Origin: the human T2T-CHM13v2.0 reference genome, Homo sapiens
Assembly (NCBI RefSeq): GCF_009914755.1
Contig: NC_060927.1
DNA length: 64,000 nucleotides
Strand: one strand, 5' to 3'
Shown here: piece by piece, positions 13,871 to 27,228 of the stretch
Numbering within the stretch: position 1 is the first letter of the stretch
Layout: every line of letters starts with the position of its first letter
Position numbers and translations under genes: made by a program
The notes under the pieces: model-generated
Told to the model about the DNA's origin: nothing
What the model saw: only the letters and a program-made list of their open reading frames with translations
The model's database searches: none

Positions 13871-15921
13871 TGTTAGACTGTCTTTCTTACAGTAAACAAG
13901 TATTTTCCCAAAGTATGTAGATATTGCAATGACTGATCAAAAAACAAATTCAAGAGACACAGGTACTAATTCTCAGAAGCCAATGAATGTCAGCAGTATG
14001 ACTGCTTTTATGTTGCAGTTTCTTGAAATTATCTTGGTCTTCAAAATGAAGTTTTAATTCTCAAACGTCTGGAAAATGTGAACCTAGCACAATTCATCCA
14101 ACTTGGTGAGCCTCTTCTTCACCTCTCAAGAACAATCAGAGGCTGAATTTTCCAAGAATAACAAGTGGGCTCTGGTTATTTCTGGAGAATAAGATCACCT
14201 GGGCTGGGTGCAGGAAAGAGACTATGAAAGCATGAACTCCTGGAAGTAGGGGCAACTCCAGAGGTGCACCTGACCTGACCATAAAGACAGAAGCAGAATC
14301 GGGATAGATGCATCACCAGGGCAGGGATCCACGGGTAACTAAACCAATGTCTGCACACCATGGGTCAACACTGAGATGAGAATTGTGTGTCACCATTCTA
14401 AGGCATCTAGCCATCAGATGTAGATTTAAGGCCTTTTATCCACACCCGCCTGCAAAGGCTTGGATCTTTGGATCCTCAGGAGAAGGATGTCCTACTAGAA
14501 CTGTGAAAGCCACAGTCTGTGTACATGGCTGATAAGGCAGTGATGAGAACCAGTCCTCCATTATAACTACACGGCTATAATGCATTACTATTACCTTCAA
14601 AATACCTGACAATCTTGTTAGACAAACCTTTTCTGGGGCAACTAATAGCTAGAATAATGTTCTTATTCCCTTAAGTTTGTTTTAATTACTGTTTGTACAT
14701 CTCTTTCCTATTTCCCAGAAATGCGGTAAAGACTTTATTGAGTATAATTAATAGAAAAACAATTATGTATGTGAAAACAAGAATGAAGATTCTCATTCAA
14801 CACATGAAAAAGAATGATGGGTTTGAATTTTGATAGAGTGTTCACAACATGATTTTAATCACACCCCCAGCTTACAGACTCCAGCATACATGGGCAAAAT
14901 GTATGTTTAACAGAGTAGGAGGAAGCATTTGCTACTACACCAGCTATAAGAGTATCCTAAACAAGTAATGGCCACCATGACTAGCACTGCTTGCATTCCA
15001 GTTGCGTTTTCTAATGTAGGCAAGGGTAATGGAATTGATGCACATGTTCTTTTTGCTTGCATCTTTTTTTTTCACTTATCATTAAGGTCCCTTATCATTT
15101 AGTCCAATCTTTGCCTGCTAACTAGTCTATGTACTGAAAATGATATGAATAACTAATCAGCCTAAAATGTTCTATGTAAGCCCATTTGTTTCATTCCTCT
15201 TTGGCTTTCTTGCTGGCTGAGCTTTTGTGACCTTGTGAAAAATGGCTGTTTTATCTGAAAATGTGTTTTATTTCTAGGTAATGGAGTATGTCAACTTCCA
15301 TTTCTTATGGAATTCACAGACAATAGTCCAGCATAGCATTTCTTACATTCTTATGTGCTTGTTCTTTCCCACTATATACTTAAACACAATGGACATCCCA
15401 ATCTTTACTTATAGCTCTTGACTTCAACACTTGGGTTTTCAATTTCTACAGGTTTTCTTTTACGTAGCACAGATATTTGCTATAGAACAGTCCATTTAGT
15501 CTTCCACTCATGTAGCTATGAAGAAAGTGCACCTATCTCTTGAGGCTTTCTCAGTTAAGTGAATTTGGCTCTATCTTCCCAGCTCTTAGTTCTTCCATTA
15601 GTGTTAGAGAAAACTTCAGTGAAATTTACTTGTATTCCCTCTAATAGAGGCACCTTTATTCTCATTTTATTGCTGAGAGTTTTAAAACTGGGTCTTCAGA
15701 GTTGTAATTATGAGTTTTTTCAGAAAATTCAGATTCAAGCTCTTATTGTTATTGTTATATTGATTAGTTGAATATAAGTCTGAAAGAGTTACATATATTG
15801 TTATCACTAATTAATCTGGCATAAACTATGATATTTTTATCACTGATAGAGTCATTTGGTTAGAAGTACCCCCACTGAAGTGGCTTAAAATGATTGATAC
15901 ATGATATGTCAAGATTCTTAG

Positions 15922-16572
<651 letters not shown>

Positions 16573-16919
16573 AAACTTTTCTTTTTTAAATGTCTGAATA
16601 AATGCATATTTTTTGGAGCCCATGGGGCTACAACAACATGGAGACAGGAATCTAGATCATTAGGAGATACAATAAAAATATTTTATTTTTCACTGTGACT
16701 CACTTTGTAAAAATAATTGCAGTTTTAAATTTCAATCTATCAGTCTCTCCGTGTGAGAGATGTTCTGTCTATGAAGTAGTCCCCATACTACTTTCTTTTA
16801 AAAGTAAATATTTGCTCAGCTAGATGATATTTAAATTAAAATAAAATGTTTAAAATGTTTGTTTCCTGTATGTATTTCTGGTCATTGAATCTCAAAGATG
16901 AAATAATTTTTAAAACTTA

Positions 16920-17030
16920 TTTATAAATGAGGGAAACAGCCCCCAGTAACTAGCCTTTATTCTGCACATGTTAGTGACAGCACTAGACCAGATACTGAAC
17001 TCCTGATTCCTGAACCCCGGTTCTTTAATA
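16920..17030 (-). mobile_element. MIR fragment
   Basis: ttataaatgagggaaacag...gttagtgacag..actagac...ctcctgattcc. Confidence 0.45.
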
Positions 17031-17786
17031 TGTCACTTTGCTTCTGAAATCTCCAAGGGAGGGGGTGTATGTAAATTCCGACATTTACTTTAAATGACAA
17101 TTTGAGTTTATAAAACATGGGCATTTCATCTGTGAGCAAAGAGTCACAGCTAACTTCTAAGTCGAAACTTCTATCATGGGATTATAGCAGAAAAAAGACT
17201 GTTTGTACAGAAACGGAGTCAAGGCATAAAGAAAACAAACTGTCTATCTTCCCCAAACCCAAACAAGCAAATACCTAATGCCAAAATTCATATGGTTTTT
17301 ATGTTAATTACAATTTAATATTCACAGCAAGTCTTTTCCAGTTTCTTAGTGTGTGGCCTGCTCCACGCACTACAAAATCCACCATTTCCTGCTTTCTTAT
17401 TTTGTGAACGATGTGTATCCACTTATCTGTAGCAAGGCATCTGTGTCCTATGGATTTGTCTCAAAAGATAAAGGAAACTGACATTTTGTTTTAGTCAAAG
17501 TTGTTTCAGATAGAATACTAAAGATTTAATACAGATTGTTTTATTTACTCCTCACTGTAATTTGTGACATAGCTATCATTCACTTTTAAAGACAAGAAAA
17601 ATGAAACCGAAGGCTATATGGATGACATAATATATAATAGTAAAAATTTAGAAAATATTTTAAAGGTTAATAAACAAGTCAACTGTGGTAAGCTCACTTT
17701 TAGTGCATCCATTAAAAGGATGACTATAAAAAATAGAGTGACAAGAAAAAAAAAAGTATGAGCATATTATGTTAAAAAGAATATAT

Positions 17787-20700
17787 GGAGGGAGAGGAGC
17801 AAGATGGTGGAATAGAAGGCTGCACCAATTGTCCCCCCACCAATAGGAACACTGAATTCAACAACTATCTACACAAAAGACAGCACCTTCATAAGAACCA
17901 AAATTTAACTGAGCACTCATAACACCTGGTTTTAACTTACTAAAAGAGGCACTGAAAATGGAAAGAAAAACAGTCTCGAATTGCTCAGGCCACCCATCCC
18001 CTGTCTCCCAGCAGTGGCTGCATGGTGCAGAGAATCTGTGCAATTGGGGAGGGAGAACACAGTGATTATGAGACTCTGCATTGAACTCAGTACTACCTTG
18101 TCACAGTGGAAAGCAGAACCAAACTATATGTAGTTGATGCTTGCCCATGGAGGGAGCATCTGGAACAGCCCCAGCTGGAGGGGAATCACCTATCCCAGCG
18201 GTCAGAACTTGAGTTTTACCAAGTTGCCACCACTGGCTGGAGTGCTCTGAGGCCATCAGTAAACATGAAGGGCAGTCTAGGACACAAGAACTGCAACTTT
18301 TTGGTGAGTTCTGGTGCTGTGTCGGGATGAGAGCCGGTGAACTTGGAAGGCACATGGCCTACTGAGACACAAGCTGGGGCAGCTAAGGGAGTGCTTGCAC
18401 CACCCCTCTCCCAACCCCAGACTGCACAGTTCATGGCTCCAAAAGAGACCCCTTCTGACCCCTTCAGGAGAGAAGAGGAAGAGTAAAGGGGCCTTTTGTC
18501 TTGCATTTTGGATACCAGCTCAGCCAACAGAAAGCTAAGGCACTGGACAAAGTCATGAGGCCCCCATTCCTGATCTTAGCTCCTGGACAATCTTTCTAGA
18601 CACACTGAACAAAAAGGGAACCTGCTACCTTGAAGGGAAGGACCTAGTTCTCGCAGGATCTATCACCTGCTAACTAAGGAGATCCTGGACCCTGAATAAC
18701 CAGCAGCAATACCCAGGTAGTAGGCTGGGGGCCTTGGGTGAGACTCTAACATGTGATGGTTTCAGTTAAGACTCAGTACATTCCTAGTTCTGATGGCTAT
18801 TACAAGAGATTCCATGTGCTTGAAAAAAGCAGAGAAAAAAGTAAGGGGACTTCATCTTGTACCTTAATTAGCAGCTTGACCACAGGGAAGTAGAGAACCA
18901 GGTGGACTCCTGGGGTCCCTGATTCCACGTCTTGGCTCTGGGATGGCATTTCTGGACCTGCACTGGGCCAGAAGGGAGCCCATCACTCTAAAGGGTGAGT
19001 CCCAGGCCTGGCAACATTAACCACAAGCTGATTGACGAGCCCATGGGCCTTAAGTGAACACTGGTGGAAGCCTGGCAATACTCCCCATGCACCTGTGGTA
19101 GTAATAGCCAAGGGATGAGGTTCCCCTGCCTATGAAAAGGGGAGGGAAGAGTGGGAAGGACTGGATCTCATAGTTTGAGAGCAAGCTCAGCAACAGTAAA
19201 ATAGAATACCAGATAGATTTCTAAGGTTTTTGACTCCAGTCCCTAGCTCCTGGACAGCATCTCTAGATCCAGCTGGGATCTAGGAGAACTTACTGCCTTG
19301 AACAGAAGGACATAAGCCTATCTGCCTTTGCCACTGGATAATTGTACAGCCTTAGGGCCTTGAGCAAACATAGGCAGTAGCAAGTTTGTGATTACTGTAG
19401 GCCTTGGGGAAGACCCAGTGCTGCAATGGCTTCAGGACTGACCCAGTGTCATCTCAGTAGTGGTGGTCCAGGTGGATCAGCATAGAGAGCAAGACTCCAT
19501 TTGTTTGGGAGAAAATAAGGGAAGAGAACAAAAATCTCTGCGTGGCAATGCAGAGAATTTTGGTGTCTTGTCCAAAACTACCAAGGCAGTACCTCTATGA
19601 GTCTGCAAGAACCACAGTGTTAATTGGCTTGGGGTGTCCCCTAATACAGATATGGCTTAGATCACAACACCCAAGTCCTTTTAAATACCTGGAAAGCCTT
19701 CCCAAGAAGGATGGGTACAAGTAAGCCCGGACTGTGAAGACTACAGTAAATGCCTAACTCTTTAATGCCCAGAAACCAGTGAATACCTGTAAGTGTCAAC
19801 ACCATCCAAGAAAACATGACCTTACTAAATGAACTAAATAAGGCACCATGGACCAATCATGGAGAAACAGAGACATGTGACCTTTCAGACAGACAATTCA
19901 AAATAGCTGTTTTGAGGAAATGCAAAGTAATTCAAGATAACAGAGAAGGAGTTCAGAATTCTATCAAATAAATTTAACAGACTGAAATAATTAAAAAGAA
20001 TTTAGCAGAAATTCTGGAGTTGAAAAATGCAATTGACATAATGAAAAACACATCAGTCTTTTAATAGCAGAATTGATCAAGCAGAAGAAATAACTAGTGA
20101 GCTTGAAAACAGGCTATTAGAAAATACATAGTCAGAGGAAACAAAAGAATAAAGGACACCTACAAGGCCTGGAAAATAGCCTCAAAAGGGCAAATCTAAG
20201 AGTTATTGGCCTTAAAGATGAGGTAGAGAAAAAGATGAGGTAGAAAGTTTATTCAAAGGGATAGTAACAGAGAACTTCCCAAATCTAGAGAAAGACATCA
20301 ATATCTGAATACAAGAAAGTTACAGAACACCAAGCAGATTTAACCCAAGGAAGACTACATAAAGGCATTTAATAAGCAAACCCCCAAAGGTCAAGGACAA
20401 AGAAAGGATCCTAAAAGCAGCAAGAGAAAAGAAACAAATAACAAAAAATGGAGCTCCAATATGTCTGGCAGTAGACTTTTCAGTGGAAACCTTACAGACT
20501 AGGAGAAAGTGGCACGATATATTTAAACTGCTGAAGGAAAAAAAAAAAAACTTTTACCCTGGAATGGTATATCCAGTGAAAATTTCCTTCAAACATTAAG
20601 GAGAAACAAAGACTTTTCTAGACAAAAAAAAGCCGAAGGACTTCATCAACACCAGACCTGTCCTACAAAAAATGCTAAAGGGAGTACTTCAATCAGAAAG

Positions 20701-22190
20701 AAAAGGATAATTAATGAGCAATAAGAAATCATCTGAAGATAGAAAACTCACTGGTAATAGTAAGGACACAGGAAAACCACAGAATATTATGACATTCTAA
20801 CTGTGGCATGTAAACCACTCTTATCTGAAGTAGAATGACTAAACAATAAACTAATTAAAACTAATAACTACAATAACTTTTCAAAACATAGTGCAATAAG
20901 ATATAAATAGAAACAACAAAAGGTTAAAAATCAGGAGAATGACATTAAAGTGTACTTTTTTATTGGTTTTATTTTTGCTTGTTTGCTTGTTTATGCAAAG
21001 GGTTAAATTATCATCTGCTAAAAAGAATGGTTTATAAGATAGTGTTTTAAGCCTCATGGAGACCTCAAAACCATATAAAACAAGAAAATGGCAGGAGTAA
21101 GTCCTTATCAATAATAACATTCACTGTAAATGGACTAAGCTCTCCAACCAAAGTACATAGAGTGGCTGATGGACTAAAAAAAAACAAGACCCAGTGACTT
21201 GTTGCCTACAAGAAACTCACTTCATATATAAAGACACACATAGAGTGAAAATAAAGGAATGGAAAAAAGATATTCCATACCAACAGAAACCAAAAAAGAG
21301 CAAGAGTCACTATATTTACATCAGACAAAATATATTTCAATAAAATACCCATAAGAAGATACAAAGAAAGTCACTATATAATGATAAAGGGATCAATTGA
21401 GCAAGAGTATATGACAATTGTAAATACATATATACGCCCAAGACTGAAGCACCCAAATATATAAAGTAAATATTATTAGAGCTAATGAGAGAGATAAACT
21501 CCAAAACATAATAACTAGAGACCACACACTTCACCACACATTCAGGATTGGACAGATCCTCCAGTCAGAAAATCAACAAAGAAATATGAGACTTACTCTT
21601 CACTATAGAACAAATGGACATAATAGATATTTACAGAATATTTCACCCAATGACTGTGGAATACACATTCTTCTCCTCAGCACATGGATTATTCTCAAGT
21701 ATATATCATATGTTAGGTCACAAAACAAGTCAAAAAAACATTTAAAATTTGAAATAATATCAAGCATCTTCTCTGACCACAGTGGAATAAAACTATAAAT
21801 CTATAACAAGAGGAATTTTGGAAAGTATGCAAACACATGGAAATTAAACAATATGCTCCTGGATGACCAGTGTATCAGTGAAAAAATTAAGAAGAAATTT
21901 AAAAATGTCTTGAAACAAATAATAACAGAAACATAGCATAACAAAACCTATGGGATACGTTTCTGTTATTTATGTTCCCATCCTAAGAGGGAAGCTTAGA
22001 ACTAAAACTGCCTACATCAAAAGAGAAGAAAAATTTCAAATAAACAACCTAATGATACATCATAAAGAACTAGAAAAGCAAGAGAAACCAAAACCAAAAT
22101 TAGTAGAAGAAAAAAGTACTCATGATCAGAGCAGAAATAAATAAAAATGAAATGAAGAAAAAATACAAAAGATCAATAAAACTAAAACTT
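17787..22190 (+). mobile_element. L1MA1-3-type LINE-1: 5' UTR, dead ORF1 and 5' part of ORF2; 3' truncated
   Basis: Starts ggagcaagatggtggaatagaaggc. ORF1 remnant near 20393-20545 translates KDKERILKAAREKKQITKNGAPICLAVDFSVETLQ. ORF2 ATG at 21088; endonuclease motif SSIFSDHSGIKL near 21760-21795; many stops and frameshifts. Confidence 0.9.
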
Positions 22191-22588
22191 TGTTTTTTAT
22201 GTGCTTAGATTAGCTCTCTTACTTTCTGTTTTGATAAAGATTTTAAAAAAGCCCTTTTTTTTTCTTTTTTTTTTTTTTTTTTTTGCTTTTACATGAAGCT
22301 GCATGTTAAATGAATTTTGAAAACAATTTCAACCCAAACCAACATTCTCTGGAATGATTAGGACAGAAAAATAGAAATATTGAAAGATTTTGTCTGCTTT
22401 TTTTATTGGAACAAAAATATTTTAGCTGCTTATCATACAAATCATGACTTTTATACACTATCCATAAATATTTTGTCCATTACTCATCAACTGAAAAAAG
22501 AATGTTTAAAGACAGAAACAGAAAGGTAACTCTGATTCTTAGATGGACAATTTCCTTTTTGGTGCGTGGACTTACAATCACTGTAGTA

Positions 22589-24316
22589 CCAACACTACAC
22601 TAACCAAAACAGCATGGTGCTGGTACAAAAAACAGACACATAGACCAAAGAAACAGAATAAAGAACCCAGAAATAAGGCTGCACGCTTACAACCATCTGA
22701 TCTTTACAACGCTGACAAAAATAAGCAATGAGGAAAGGAATCCCTATTCAATAAATGGTGCCGGGATAACTGTCTACTTGTATGCAGAAGAATGAAACTG
22801 GACCTCTACTTATCACCATATACATAAATTAATTCAAGATAGATTACAGACTTAAATGTAAGACCTCAAACTATAAGAATCCTAGAAGAAAACCCGGAAA
22901 ATACTCTTCTGGACATTGGCCTTGGGAAATAATTTATGGCTAAGTCCCCAAAAACAATTGCAACACAAACAAAAATTGACAAGTGTGATGTAATTAAACT
23001 AAAGAGCTTCTGCACAGAAAGAAAAACTACCAACGGAGTAAACAGACAACCTACACAATGGGAGAAAATATTCACAAAGTATGCATAAAACAAAGGACTA
23101 ATATCCAGAATCCTTAAGGAACTTAAACAATTCAACAGGCCAAAAACAATGCCATTGAAGCGTAGTGGGAGGATGCGGTGAGATAAGGGTAGTTAATGGG
23201 TAAAAAAAGAATACTTAGAAAGAATGAATAAGACTAGTATTTGATAGCACAACAGAGTGACTATACTCAATGATAATTTAATTGCACATTTTAAAATAAT
23301 TAAAACAGTAAAATTAGATTGTAACACAAAGGATAAATACTTGAGGAGATGCAGACTCCATTTTACATGATGTGATTATTATGCACTGCATGGCTGTATC
23401 AAAATATCTCATGCACCCCATAAATATATACATCTACTATGTACCCAAAAATTAAAATTAAAAAATTTTACAAAATATGATAAAGTTGGCAAAGGAAGAC
23501 ACACTTCTCAAGGGAGACATAGAAGCATCCAACAAACATATGAAAAAATGCTCTGCATCACTAATCATCAGAGAAATACAAAATAAAACCACAATGAGAT
23601 ACCATCTCATACCAGTCAAGATGGCTTTTGTGAAAAAGGCAAAAAATTACAGATGTTGGCAAGGCTGCAGACAAAAGGGAACCCTCATACGCTGTTGGTG
23701 GGAATGTAAATTAATTCAGTACTGTAAAAAGCAGTTTGTAGATTTCTCAAAAAACTAAGAGTTGAACTACCATTCCTCCTGGCCATCCCATTACTGGTTA
23801 CATACCCAAAGGAAAATAAATTGTTCCACCAAAAAGACACATGTACAAGTATGTTCACAGCACTATTCACAATAGCAAAGACATGGATTCAAACACAGTG
23901 CCCATCAATAGTGAATTGATGAAGAAAATGTGGTACATATACATGATGGAATACTACACAGTCATAGAAAGAACAAAATTGTGTCCTTTGCAGCAATATA
24001 GATGCAGCCGGAAACCATCATCCTAAGCAAACTGACACAGAAACAGTAAACTAAATACTGCATATTCTCACTTATAAGTGGGAGCTAAACATTAGGTACA
24101 CATGGCCATACAATGGGAACAATAGACACTGGGGAATACAAGAGGTAGGAGAGAAAAGAGGAGGTAAGGGTTGGAAAAAACTATCAATCGGGTACTATGC
24201 TCTAGGGGTGACAGATTCATTCATATTCTAAACCTCAGCATCATAAATATGTCTTTGTAATAAACCTGCATATGTACCCTTGATTCTAAAATAAAAGTTG
24301 AAAAAAGAAAAAAAAA
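22589..24316 (+). mobile_element. 5'-truncated old primate L1 (L1PA15-17/L1PB-age): ORF2 C-terminus and 3' UTR
   Basis: taaccaaaacagcatggtgctggtac through aataaaagttg and A tail; TSD cactgtagta at 22579-22588 and 24317-24326. Confidence 0.9.
23157..23478 (+). mobile_element. L1MA2/3-type 3' UTR fragment nested in the L1
   Basis: agaatgaataagactagtatttgatagcacaacagagtgactata...ccccataaatatatacatctactatgtaccc. Confidence 0.8.
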
Positions 24317-25109
24317 CACTGTAGTAAAAAAAATAGTTCAGTAATCCCAGGGGTTTGGGTTACAGGTAAAGAGAGAAAGAGAAATAAAAAAGAAGGAAGA
24401 ACCTCAGCGAGATGCTGAAAGCCAAGAGCATCCATGCTTGGCCAGTGTTCCCTCTAGTCTTTTATACACTGTGGTGAGCAAGACCTTGAATGCAAAAACA
24501 TGAGAGGTGAAGTTGTTGGCCCTATGGTCAGGCAATTAAAGATACCAATCCTTAGCAGCACGGTAGACCTGAGGATTGTGCTTTAGAGTAGGTGAGCAAA
24601 GGGAAAGATTGAAAACAACAAAACAAGCAAAACCAACGAGATGAGATACTAGCATAAATCATTGAAAAGTACAAGTGTTAAGGCAGTTAGTCTAAATGTA
24701 TTACTGTGGCTTCTTGTTAGCAGAATAGCCCTCCTGAAGATAATTACAATATCTGAACAAATGTAAAAAGAAAAAGAAGTTGAACACACTGAGAGCGACA
24801 ATAAGCAGAACTGAAAGGGATTTGGTCCTTGAAGAAAAGGACACACACAAGGTAGAACTAACATTTAAATGGCCTCCTTCTAATGATACTACAAAGTGCA
24901 TACAGGATTGGCAAATAGAACATAAAAAATTGTAGTTTTTATTTTACATTACATTATTTTGTTTTGTTTTGTGGCTTGCGAAGTTTAAGTAGTCTAGGCT
25001 ACAATAATAGGGAGATACCAAGGAGAGAAATCTTGCATAGAAGGGACACACAATGGAAGGCCCAAAATTGTCATCTACCCTCTCACATTCTTTGCTGACT
25101 ACTGAGTGG

Positions 25110-25623
25110 TATCAGCCTAAAGTAATCAAAAGAGTCAGAATCTAATGTGAAGATATTACTCAAGTGAAAAATTTAAGGATGGCCCACCAGGAAACTCCAG
25201 TTTCCAAAAGAAACTTCAGAGGAATAGAGTCAGCATTCCCAAGGAGGGAAGTTAAAGTTTCATTTATACAGGGAGAGACGGGAGTTTCATCTAAGTTTAA
25301 TACATAGTTGAAGCATTTTGATTGGTGATAGGCAGTGTTTCTTTTGGGAAAGAGGTCATTTCACAATTTTTTTAACACAGGGTATAACAGTCATAGGTTT
25401 TCCATCATATTGTCTAAGCAAAGCAGGAACAACAAAGGGAAGTTAATTTATAACAAGGGTAATTAATTTAAAAGGCAGGAGGTTTTTGTCCCTCATGTCA
25501 TTTAATTCTCTCTAGTCATTGAACAGAACAAGGAAAATAAGAAAGCGAGTTAATCTATAATCTGAGAATAAGTTGTAACTATATGTGACTCAGATCCCGT
25601 TCACATCAATCTCAAGGCTTCAC
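25110..25623 (-). mobile_element. ERV1-class solo LTR (family uncertain)
   Basis: Compositionally distinct block inside the L1M, tcagcctaaagtaatcaaaagagtcagaatctaat...gtgactcagatc..., resembling MER4-group LTRs. Confidence 0.55.
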
Positions 25624-26943
25624 AATGGCAAACAGGGAGGACTTGAAGAACTCTAGAAGAAAACAGTTGGAAGGCTATATGAATTGAGCAGAGATTACAC
25701 AGGTTTCCTACTGCATAAAAATTTGGAGTATAAATCTTTCCAGGTTAAAAAGGCCCTAGTAAGTACCTCAGGTTTGCCACAGACCTGCCCTAACAAAGCA
25801 CAAAAACAAGACTCCATGAGTTTAACGTAATTAGCAAATAATTTGACTCTGACAGAATAAAGGTAACACTCTTCAGAGGAAAATAACAGAATTAGTAGTT
25901 TCTACAATAAATCAGAATTTTCAGAAAAAATTTAGCAGATAATCAAAGAAGTAGAAAAATGTTACCAATGATCACAAGCACACACACATACACAGAAAGC
26001 ACTTAGTAGAAATAGACAAAATATGACTAAGAGTTGAAATTACCAGACAAGAAATTTAAAGTAGCTATTAAAAATAGGCTCAATGTAGTAAACAAAAATA
26101 TATGCTTATAATGAATAAAAATTAGAAAATCTTAGCATACTAATTGAAAATATTTTAAAAACTAAATTAAAATTCTAGAATAAAAAATTACCTATATCAA
26201 AATTTTCTGTGCTGGGAATAAAAGCAGATTGGAGAGGAAGGAGAACTGGTCAAAGAGTGATTAATAGAAATAATTTATTTTGAAGAACTGAAAAATAAAG
26301 GATTGAATAATAAAGATTAGATTCTCAGTGACCTGTGGAGCAATATCCAGTCTAAAATATATAAAGTCCTAAAAGAAACAGTGGGAAAAAGGGGGTAAAA
26401 ACATATTCAAAGAAAAGTCCAAAAATGTCCCACATTTTGTGACAATGTCAACTTGCAAATTCATAAACTAAGCAGGATTAATATAAAAAAAACCCCACAC
26501 CTAAGCATATTATTGTCATACTGCTGAAAACCAAAGATAAAGACAAAATCTTGAAAATGGCCAGACATAAAAAAATAAATTACACACAGAATAAAGATAT
26601 GAATGGGATCTGGCTTCTTACCAGAAACAATGAAGGCCAGAAGATGAGAGAACATCTCTTAAGTTCTATAAAATATGTCAACCCAGAATTACTTTTCCAT
26701 CAAAAATATAATTCAAAAATTAGGGAAAAATAAAGTCATTTTCAGGTAAGTGTAACTGAGAGAATTTGTCACCCTCAGATCTGTATTATAAAAAAGAAGT
26801 ATAACAGCTAAAGATAAATATATGAGATGAAATATGGGTCTACAGAAACAGCACTGATAATGCTAAATATGTGAGTAAATATAAAAATGAAAATTCTCTC
26901 TTAATTCATTTAAAAGATATCACTGTTTAAAGAAAAAAAAAGT

Positions 26944-27228
26944 GGCCACGTGCAGTGACTCATGCCTGTAATCCCAGCACTTTGGGAGGCCGAGGTGGGT
27001 GGATCACAAGGTCAAGAGGTTGAGACCATCCTGGCCAACATGGTGAAACCCCGTCTCTACCAAAATTACAAAAAGTAGCTGGGCGTGGTTGTGCGTGCCT
27101 GTAGTCCCAGCTACTCAGGAGGCTGAGGCAGGAGAATCTCTTGAACCCGGGAGGTGGAGGTTGCAGCGTCACTGCACTCCAACCTGGCGGCACAATGAGA
27201 CTCCGTCTCAAAAAAGAAAACCAAAAAA
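26944..27228 (+). mobile_element. AluSc-like with a small right-arm deletion
   Basis: ggatcacaaggtcaagaggttgagaccatcctggccaac; A-rich TSD aaagaaaaaaaagt. Confidence 0.93.

Noticed and set aside
22255-22580. Poly(T) tract as the tail of a retroposed mRNA
   Set aside because: No polyadenylation signal at the expected distance on the minus strand, no TSD and no ORF
19760-24026. L1 ORF1/ORF2 peptides as functional genes
   Set aside because: They are fragmented by stops and frameshifts; the elements are dead fossils
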